Position numbers and translations under genes: made by a program
Notes under the pieces: model-generated
What the model saw: the letters and a program-made list of their open reading frames with translations, nothing else
Database searches by the model: none
What the model was told of the DNA's origin: nothing
NCBI GenBank assembly: GCA_965248055.1
Contig: CBDFIJ010000004.1
Coordinates: 2,976,001-3,040,000, forward strand
Reading direction: 5' to 3'
DNA from: Candidatus Multivoradales bacterium
Lineage (GTDB): Bacteria > Acidobacteriota > Thermoanaerobaculia > Multivoradales > JAHEKO01
Length of the DNA: 64,000 nucleotides
Shown: in pieces, positions 17,129-24,530 of the stretch
Numbering within the stretch: the stretch's first letter is position 1
Layout: every line of letters begins with the position of its first letter

Positions 17129-19296
17129 GGTTGCGATTTCGGGCGGGCGATGGCGGCGATCAGATATCCGTGCGATCGCAGCCATGGCAACCGGTCGTAG
17201 GCGGCAGAGAAAGGTATCAGTAGCCAGCGGACAAGGCTAGGCAAAGCTGGGATCTTGACCTTTTCGGTGTGCAATGCGAGATCCATCATTCGTAACCAAC
17301 CAGGTTGCAACAGGATACCGTTTCGCGCTTCAACTTGCAGCCCAGCGGCTTGGCAGATTCGTCCTAACTCGCTGTGGCTGTACGACTTCTCATCTCCATA
17401 GTGGTAAAGACCGAAAGCCTGAAGAGCGCCGACCAGGACCGGGCGCAAGAACGGGTCGCGGGCATTCGGCACTCCAAGAACCACCTTGCCGTTGGAGTCG
17501 GTGACCCGGCCGATCTCTCGCACCGCCTTTTGGGTTTCGGGGAAGTGTTCGACAGTGCCCATCGAATAGACGCCATCAAAGCAGCGATCTCGATAGGGAA
17601 TAGCTCGGACATCGGCGACCAGCAAGTTTGCCTTGACCCCGAGTCGGCGAAATTCATTCCTGGCCATGATCACGGTGGGCAAGGAGATGTCAATTCCATG
17701 TACGGTGGCTCCCTGCCCTGCGAGCCACTGCAAGATACGGGTGTTGCGCGCTTCGTCCCATAAGTCGGTTTTCAGGATCGTCAGTCCCTTGGGGCTAGGG
17801 AAAAACTCGCCTAGCAGCCTCTGCTCGTCACGGCGGTAGATCTGGGTGCTGGCTGCTTGACCAAGATCCGGGAACCATTCGCCGACTTGAATCCATTGGT
17901 CGAGATAGTCGGTGGTTGATTGCCTACGACGTAGACCCCAGGCAAGCAGCGTTGGCAATGCGATGCCGATGGTGCGCAATACCAGCGGATGCAGGACGAA
18001 TCCATCGGTAGCCAGATTGCCCAACAGAATCCGTAGACCGAGACCGGTTGCTACTAGGCCGACGCTAGCAACCGCGGTGGTGATCAAGCTCCGCCCACCG
18101 ACAACCAGTGTCAGGGCGACCAACAATCCAACCATGTAAGCTGGCAGAAAACTCAGTACTCCCTGCGGGTCGCCGATCGCCAGGTCGCTAGAGGTTCCAA
18201 TTCTGCCCCGATCCCATATTTGAATCAGGGTGCCGAGGCTAGCGCTGATCGTGATCGCCCAACCGGGACCGAGGTAAGTCGCAGCACCTCGTTGGCGGCG
18301 CACACGATTAATGGCGAACACCACCAGGACAGCCAGGATAATCTGGTAAAAGGCGTGCAGTGCGGTGTAGTGCTGCGTCCCCATCAGCCCAGTCGGCAGG
18401 GCCAAAACCAGAAGCCGGCTGGCGCCCAGGGCGGAAAACAACAGAAACGCGGCGAGGGTAGCGAAAATCTTGTTTAGGTTAGATTTTACCAGCGCCCAGA
18501 CCAGCCCCAGGTAGGCCGGGATCAAGGGGGTCAGCACGCACTCCTGGGTGACCAACCAGCGGCCGTGCGGGGTGGTCAGCAAGTTGCCGTTGATCCGTGC
18601 CTCGACACCCAACCAATTCATCACTTGAGCAGAGGCCGCAGTGATCCAAAACGCCCACTGGAGAATCAGGTCACTGGAGTAGAGGGTTGGCGCCAGGGCG
18701 AAGTAGACGATCGTAGCGCTGACTACCCAGGCCATCGGACCGGCGACTTCGCGCGCGATCGGCTTGCTGCTGATCGACGCCGCGGGTTTGCGAATCCAAT
18801 ATAGAACGAAGGTTGTTGCCGCCAAAACCAGCAACAAGGGAAACAATCGCAGGTGGAGAAGGTCGAAAAGGTCGCGATTGCTGGCCACCCAGGACAAAGA
18901 TCCGATGCGCGCGGTATTCAGCCCAATCAAGAGCGCCAAAGCGAGGCCGGCGCCGGTCCAGCGTCGTTTCCAAGCCAAAGGAAAAGACAGTAGCGCTCCC
19001 AACGTCACCGCCATGACGTCGGCTCCGGTGCAGCTCAGGTCGACCACCAACGCGTCGCGCGGAGCCCCAGTCAGAGAGCAGGCAGCACCGTGTTGCAACC
19101 GAGCAAATGGAATCAATAGATGGTCCTGCACCCAGGGAATACGTACCAAGGCAAAGAGGCCGACAATCCAGGCCAGTGAGCGTGCCAGGAATAGCACCAA
19201 TCCAGGTCGCTGTGGGTGGCGAACTGGTTGCGTTGGGGTAGTGATCTCTGTCGTGCTAGCCATCTGATGCGTAGGCCTCGGCTGAGAAGGTTGCAT
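17125..19296 (-). CDS. Fusion protein: exosortase domain + second divergent exosortase domain + TM linker + class I SAM-dependent transferase domain
   Basis: Domain 1 VDLSCTG...NTARI...LLH; domain 2 VTQEC...GASRL...ALH; C-terminal GIDIS, ADVRAIPYRDRCFDGVYSMGTVEHF, EIGRV...G...LGVPN. Confidence 0.75.
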   Translation of the reverse strand: MQPSQPRPTHQMASTTEITTPTQPVRHPQRPGLVLFLARSLAWIVGLFALVRIPWVQDHLLIPFARLQHGAACSLTGAPRDALVVDLSCTGADVMAVTLGALLSFPLAWKRRWTGAGLALALLIGLNTARIGSLSWVASNRDLFDLLHLRLFPLLLVLAATTFVLYWIRKPAASISSKPIAREVAGPMAWVVSATIVYFALAPTLYSSDLILQWAFWITAASAQVMNWLGVEARINGNLLTTPHGRWLVTQECVLTPLIPAYLGLVWALVKSNLNKIFATLAAFLLFSALGASRLLVLALPTGLMGTQHYTALHAFYQIILAVLVVFAINRVRRQRGAATYLGPGWAITISASLGTLIQIWDRGRIGTSSDLAIGDPQGVLSFLPAYMVGLLVALTLVVGGRSLITTAVASVGLVATGLGLRILLGNLATDGFVLHPLVLRTIGIALPTLLAWGLRRRQSTTDYLDQWIQVGEWFPDLGQAASTQIYRRDEQRLLGEFFPSPKGLTILKTDLWDEARNTRILQWLAGQGATVHGIDISLPTVIMARNEFRRLGVKANLLVADVRAIPYRDRCFDGVYSMGTVEHFPETQKAVREIGRVTDSNGKVVLGVPNARDPFLRPVLVGALQAFGLYHYGDEKSYSHSELGRICQAAGLQVEARNGILLQPGWLRMMDLALHTEKVKIPALPSLVRWLLIPFSAAYDRLPWLRSHGYLIAAIARPKSQP

Positions 19297-19318
19297 CGTC
19301 GTCGTTTAGACTGCGTCG

Positions 19319-21268
19319 GTGCTCTCAGTTGTCGTTTCTCGAAGTCTACTGCGCCAATCCCTGATGGTTGCGATCGGTTCTGTGATCTTGACCTTGGCGA
19401 TGGCCTGGCCGGTGGTGCAGCAGCCCAACGATTTGTTGTTTGGCACAGAGATCGTTGGACGGCACGCTGACGCCTATACGGTCATTCGAGGATTCGCCGA
19501 ACGTCAGCCGCTGGGCGGGTCGACCCAGCCGGTGGTCGACTGGCTTGGGGTCGGGCTGGCGTCACTCATCGGGGCTGTTGCCGCCTACAACCTACTGATC
19601 TTGATCTCGTTTCCGCTGGCTGCACTGGCGGTATTCTGGCTCGCTCGTTACCTGAAACTGGGGAAGTGGCCCGCGGCGTGGGCGGCGTTCTTGTTTGCTT
19701 TTTCCCCTCTGCACATCGCCCACGTTGCCTACCATCCGCATGTGGCCCAGGTTCAGTGGATTCCATTGGTGATTTTGGCGGTGATCGCTGCAGTCGACCG
19801 GTGGTCCCTACTGCGAGCAACCATGATGCTGGCAGTTGTGGCTTTGGCCTGCCTGTCCAATTTTTATACCGGGTTGATTCTCTTGGTGGTCCTGCCGGTG
19901 GTTGTGTGGGTTCTCAAACGATATCCAGTTGGCAGTGGAGAAGGATGGCGAAAAACCGTGTGGACCCTATGGCTGATCGCCTTGGTGGGCTCGCTTTACG
20001 TCGGGTTTTTCCACGGCACGGTGTTTCGTGATCCGGCTGCATTGGCTTTTCCAACGGCAGACGGCCAAAAGTACGCTGCCCAGCCCTGGTCCTACCTAGT
20101 GCCACCGGTGGACCATGCAGTGTTAGGCAAGATCGGCCAGACGTTTTGGCAGCGGACCACCGAGCCCGAAACCTTGGACGATGCGTTGCTGGAGCAACAG
20201 GTCTACTTGGGTTGGGTGGCGCTCACTCTGGCGGTTCTGGGGGCGTGGATCTGGCGTAAGCAACCTGGAGCATCAGCGATGCGCGCGGCGCCAGTTTTGA
20301 TCGCTATGGGTGTGATCGCGTTCTTGTTCTCGTTGGCGCCGGTGTGGTCGGTTTGGGTGCTGCAACTGCCGGGTCCGTCGTGGTTGCTGCGCGCCATGGC
20401 GCCGATGTTTCGTGCCTATGCGCGGTTTGGGTTCGTGGTTCAACTGGCGATATTTCTTCTGGCGGGACTCACCTGGACCCGATGGCGACTCCAAGGGGGG
20501 CGATGGGCCAAAGTCCCGGCGATCGTCCTTGTCTGCATCAGCGTCTTGGAGTACCTGCCGTTGCCGCCGTTGCGCTCCCATCCCTTGCGGCCCCATGCAG
20601 GCTACCGATTGTTGGCCGAAGCAGAGCCCGGATGGTCGGTCTTGGATTGCATTCTCCGGCCGCAGCTGCGCAGCTCGGTGGCACCGGTAGTCGATGGGAC
20701 TATGTATGTTGCCGACGGCGACACTTTGGATTGTGGTGAACCTGGACTGGCATCGAAGCTGGCTAGCATGGGTGTTGGATACGTAGTGGAGAACCTCGAA
20801 CGTCGCTTGGAGGATCGACCGGAGTTTCGCCTGCTCAATGAGGCGGATGGGGTTGGGATTTATGGCGTAGAGGCGGAACCGGTGCCCATCCACATTCGAC
20901 GTTGGGCCGGGTTTTCTTGGCGGGAGGGCGCGGGAGAATCTTCCATCCGCTGGGCTGGAGGCCAAGCCTCGTGGTGGCTTTCCAACCCGCGGTGGATCCC
21001 CGGGCCGGTGGAGATCGAGGTTGAGTTGGTCGCTTTTCCTGACCCGAGGGAGCTTACCGTTAAGCTCAATGGCGAAGTAATCGAGACCTTTCTCATCTCC
21101 AACCAGCGTTCCTGGTTCGTCTTGCGATTTACACCACATAGGGCGCGCAACCATCTAAATTTCATTGCCAGCGGAGATGCGATCGTGGCGGATCAGATCT
21201 TGGGCAACAGCGATCGCCGCCGGTTGGCGTTTGGGGTAGGAGGGGTTCGCTACCGTTCCGCCGACTAG
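19319..21268 (+). CDS. Polytopic membrane protein, GT-C/YfhO-like (probable lipid-linked-sugar glycosyltransferase) with extracytoplasmic C-terminal domain
   Basis: About 12 TMs; AYNLLIL.SF, AFLFAFSP.H, YLGW, FRAYARF pattern; C-terminal GFSWRE...IRW...D.RRLAF beta domain. Confidence 0.6.
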   Translation: MLSVVVSRSLLRQSLMVAIGSVILTLAMAWPVVQQPNDLLFGTEIVGRHADAYTVIRGFAERQPLGGSTQPVVDWLGVGLASLIGAVAAYNLLILISFPLAALAVFWLARYLKLGKWPAAWAAFLFAFSPLHIAHVAYHPHVAQVQWIPLVILAVIAAVDRWSLLRATMMLAVVALACLSNFYTGLILLVVLPVVVWVLKRYPVGSGEGWRKTVWTLWLIALVGSLYVGFFHGTVFRDPAALAFPTADGQKYAAQPWSYLVPPVDHAVLGKIGQTFWQRTTEPETLDDALLEQQVYLGWVALTLAVLGAWIWRKQPGASAMRAAPVLIAMGVIAFLFSLAPVWSVWVLQLPGPSWLLRAMAPMFRAYARFGFVVQLAIFLLAGLTWTRWRLQGGRWAKVPAIVLVCISVLEYLPLPPLRSHPLRPHAGYRLLAEAEPGWSVLDCILRPQLRSSVAPVVDGTMYVADGDTLDCGEPGLASKLASMGVGYVVENLERRLEDRPEFRLLNEADGVGIYGVEAEPVPIHIRRWAGFSWREGAGESSIRWAGGQASWWLSNPRWIPGPVEIEVELVAFPDPRELTVKLNGEVIETFLISNQRSWFVLRFTPHRARNHLNFIASGDAIVADQILGNSDRRRLAFGVGGVRYRSAD

Positions 21269-21417
21269 TGCAGAGAGCCAGCCGCTGCAGATGGCGGTAA
21301 GAGAATCGCCAGACACTCGGAGCCCTAGCAAAGAACCCCGTCCACTCCCGCAGACGGGATTGGATAACCGAACCGGTCGACCTGACGAAGCCAGAGTCGC
21401 CCCGGAGAGGGACAGGG

Positions 21418-22986
21418 TTAGTTGTCGAACAATTGCTGCTTGCGTAGCTGTAGCGCTGTGACGGTGAGCAAGGCCAGAACCAACAGGATCATCGCCCATT
21501 CCGGTACCGTCGGGGCAACCGGGGTTGGCTGGCAGGTGGCTTCGCAGCCATCGCCGTTGATCAGGTTGCCGTCGTCGCAAACTTCACCGAGACCAGTTTG
21601 CAAGACCCCGTCACCGCAGACTTCGGGGTCACAAACACTGTTGCAGCCATCGCCGTTGTCCAGGTTGCCATCGTCGCAGGTATCTCCAGCATCTAGGGTG
21701 CCATTGCCGCATGCCTCACTCTGACAGTCAGCGTTGCAACCATCCCCTTGGGTCTGGTTACCGTCGTCGCACTGTTCATCAAGGCCAGCCTGCGTGGTGC
21801 CATCGCCGCAGGATTCCGGAACACACATATCGGAGCATCCGTCTTCGGAGACCATGTTGCCGTCATCGCATTGCTCGCCGACATCAACCGTTCCATTGCC
21901 GCACACTTCGTTCATACAGGCAGCGTTGCAGCCATCCCCGTTGGTGCTGTTTCCGTCGTCGCACTCCTCGGGGTCTTGAACTACATTGTCGCCACAAGTT
22001 TCGCTAAGGCAAAGTGCGGTACAGCCGTCGCCATCAACGTTGTTGCCGTCATCGCAAGTTTCACCGAGTCCGAGTTGGACGATGTTGTCGCCGCAGAATT
22101 CGTCAATACACTCGAAGGTGCAACCGTCACCGGAGGTGGTGTTGCCGTCATCGCATTCCTCAGCGCCGCCGTCGTTGGTGGTGCCGTCGCCGCAGAATTC
22201 GTCTACGCACATGTCGGTGCAACCGTCACCGGAGGTGGTGTTGCCGTCATCGCATTCTTCGCCTGGGTCGATGTTGCCGTCGCCGCACTGGGGTTCATCC
22301 ATGCAGAATTCGTCGCAGCCGTCGCCGGATGTGTTATTACCGTCGTCGCATTGTTCGCTAGCGTCTAGGTTGCCGTCGCCGCAGACATCAACTTCCACAG
22401 TCATAGCAGTTAGGGCGTTGCATTTCGAGCCGGTTCCAGAGGTAACCGTTGGCGCTGTGCATGCCGGAATTGTTGCTCCGTTTTGCGCCCAGGAACTGAC
22501 GATACCGAGGCTCTGACCATCCCAGTCGCAAGAAACAGTGAACGTTTGTGTTGTGGTTACCGTGGCACTACCGGTACCGTCAACGTCATCACAAGAATCG
22601 CCATCGATTTGGTCGCCATCAGGATTGATCAAGTTGCCGAAGCACTGATCTGCGGCGCTCAAATTTGTGACGTCCGAGGTCGAACTGAAGGGCATCCACA
22701 GACCGGCGTCAAATTTTTGCCCGTTGCCTGCTGGGTCAAGATTCACCGTTACCTCCAAATCGAAGGTATCAGTCGGGTTTGCACAGGTGTCTGAAGTTGT
22801 AACTGAAATGACCGCCATACTGAGGTCGTTGGCTGAGCACGAGTTGAACTCGTTTGGACACGATTGTTGCTGCGCGTAGGCAGCCGCTGGCAGTAGCCAA
22901 CTCGCGGCTACGAAACTGGCTACAAACGCCAATGTTGGTATTGGAGCCAATGCGCGACGCTTAACCGACAAACTGAAGTGGATCAC
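21418..22986 (-). CDS. Secreted Cys-rich repeat surface protein (nine Myxococcus-type CGDG...CDDGN...GDGC repeats) with IPTL-CTERM-like sorting signal
   Basis: GTG 22986 after GGAGG; signal peptide ending AAAYA; nine repeats; tail [27 protein letters not shown] (motif, TM helix, basic residues). Confidence 0.85.
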   Translation of the reverse strand: MIHFSLSVKRRALAPIPTLAFVASFVAASWLLPAAAYAQQQSCPNEFNSCSANDLSMAVISVTTSDTCANPTDTFDLEVTVNLDPAGNGQKFDAGLWMPFSSTSDVTNLSAADQCFGNLINPDGDQIDGDSCDDVDGTGSATVTTTQTFTVSCDWDGQSLGIVSSWAQNGATIPACTAPTVTSGTGSKCNALTAMTVEVDVCGDGNLDASEQCDDGNNTSGDGCDEFCMDEPQCGDGNIDPGEECDDGNTTSGDGCTDMCVDEFCGDGTTNDGGAEECDDGNTTSGDGCTFECIDEFCGDNIVQLGLGETCDDGNNVDGDGCTALCLSETCGDNVVQDPEECDDGNSTNGDGCNAACMNEVCGNGTVDVGEQCDDGNMVSEDGCSDMCVPESCGDGTTQAGLDEQCDDGNQTQGDGCNADCQSEACGNGTLDAGDTCDDGNLDNGDGCNSVCDPEVCGDGVLQTGLGEVCDDGNLINGDGCEATCQPTPVAPTVPEWAMILLVLALLTVTALQLRKQQLFDN

Positions 22987-23086
22987 TGGTGTGCCCTCCG
23001 GCCTTTGCCATTTTTGGGACCGTCTCTGAAACAAGAACTCCTCGGTCTCAAATGTCACCGAGGCGCAGAGAAAACTTATTGAGTGA

Positions 23087-23114
23087 TTTATATCACACCT
23101 TGACCGAATGTCAA
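23087..23114 (-). promoter_or_regulatory. sigma70 promoter of the Cys-rich protein gene (TTGACA-N16-TATAAA, extended TG)
   Basis: -35 at 23109-23114 and -10 at 23087-23092 in a locally AT-rich stretch. Confidence 0.65.
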
Positions 23115-23119
23115 GATTG

Positions 23120-24371
23120 TGTCCTAGATCAGTACCTTTGAGACAGTCGGCGGGAGCACGACCCCTGGGTCGAGCTTTAGAAGGTACCTTGCCGGGGGTT
23201 TTCTTTTCAAGCTCTTGTGCGGCCTGTAGGTGTTGTAGAGGTCCTGGAATCTCTGGATGTAAGGTCTCAAAGCCGAGACAGTATCGGGTAGCTCATACAT
23301 TTCATAAAACTCTCCTCTCCAGGTTTCCTGCATTCGTTCGACGGTGCCGTTGAGCTTCGGACTCTTTGGCGGCAGCACATAGAGGGTGATGCCTCTATCT
23401 CGGCAGGCTTTCTCAAATTCATCCATAAATTCACTACCACCGTCCACTTGGATCGAGGTGATGTCAAACGGACACTCGGCAATGACTTTGTCTAGAAAGC
23501 GTGCTGCACAGCGAGAAGTGGCACGTTGATAGATCTCTCCCACTGTCCACCGGCTGACCGGACAGGAGGCTGAAAAGTGTTTGAGCCACTTGCCTGGAGC
23601 AGGGACCAGATGCAGCGTGTCGATCTGCAGTCGCTCGCCAGGGCGCGTTGGTCGGGGACACCATTTCGGCAGTCGCTGAGCGTGGAGCCGGCGCATACGC
23701 CGGGAGTTTTTGTACTTCTGGCGCCGGTAGCGTACCCGGTGGATTACCCCTCGATCCATCAATTTGCGCAAGATACGCCCGACAGTGGCTTCTGATACCT
23801 CAAAGCCCTCGCCCTGGATCAGCGGCGCTAGGGTTTCCTTGCCCCAGGCAGGAAAGTCTCGACGGAGACTTTCGACTCTCTGTACCAATTCAGGTGACCA
23901 GTCAGCCTTACGCACCCGCTTGGGTCGGCTTGATATCGGTTCTAGATGTCGGGGGCCACGCTCAAGGCGTTTGCGCCAGCGGTAAAGGGTAGCTCGACTC
24001 TTGCCCAAGATCTGAGCTGCTTCTTCACCCGAGATCCCCTTGTCGCGTAGTTGCTCGAAGCTCGCAACCAAGCGCAGCCGATCACGAGCCTGAGAGCTTA
24101 AGACAACGATGTCTTCACGGTAGTACTTGTAGATACTGCGATCGAGTGCGACGATTTGCATCTGGGGGCCTCCCTTCGTTTTGGGTTATTCGATAGACCC
24201 GAAGGATCTTGGCCCCCTTTTTACTTGTCAAGGCTGTGGATGATGATGGGCTGGTGCAAAGCCAGCTACGCTTGCCTTCCCACAGCCCTTGGAAATCTCT
24301 CACGAGATTCCCACATCCCCCACAGCCTCGGCGACTAACGGCGCTGTCTCACAGGTGTTTGATCTAGGTCA
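23120..24371 (-). mobile_element. IS481-family insertion sequence, copy 2 (1252 bp, intact)
   Basis: Same IRs and length as copy 1, with few SNPs. Confidence 0.92.
23124..24161 (-). CDS. IS481-family transposase (HTH + rve DDE)
   Basis: AAQILGKSRATLYRWRKR HTH, WGKETL, PGERLQIDT, IQVDGGSEF, SPKLNGTVER, YNTYRPHKSL. Confidence 0.92.
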   Translation of the reverse strand: MQIVALDRSIYKYYREDIVVLSSQARDRLRLVASFEQLRDKGISGEEAAQILGKSRATLYRWRKRLERGPRHLEPISSRPKRVRKADWSPELVQRVESLRRDFPAWGKETLAPLIQGEGFEVSEATVGRILRKLMDRGVIHRVRYRRQKYKNSRRMRRLHAQRLPKWCPRPTRPGERLQIDTLHLVPAPGKWLKHFSASCPVSRWTVGEIYQRATSRCAARFLDKVIAECPFDITSIQVDGGSEFMDEFEKACRDRGITLYVLPPKSPKLNGTVERMQETWRGEFYEMYELPDTVSALRPYIQRFQDLYNTYRPHKSLKRKPPARYLLKLDPGVVLPPTVSKVLI

Positions 24372-24530
24372 GTTCGTGTATGCGTCCATGACATTTGGCA
24401 CTGATCGGTATGTTCAGCTACGTATTGTAGCGGTGGTTTTTGTCCGTGGCTCCAGTGTGGCGAGCGAAGGTCGCGCTAGCTGTATTGCAGTAGTGAGGCC
24501 GAATCTTTGTAATTGTTGTAAAAACTAGGG

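Noticed and set aside
21540-22385. Regularly spaced DNA repeats resembling an array
   Set aside because: Fully explained by the coding Cys-rich protein repeats; the overlapping plus-strand ORFs are antisense shadows.
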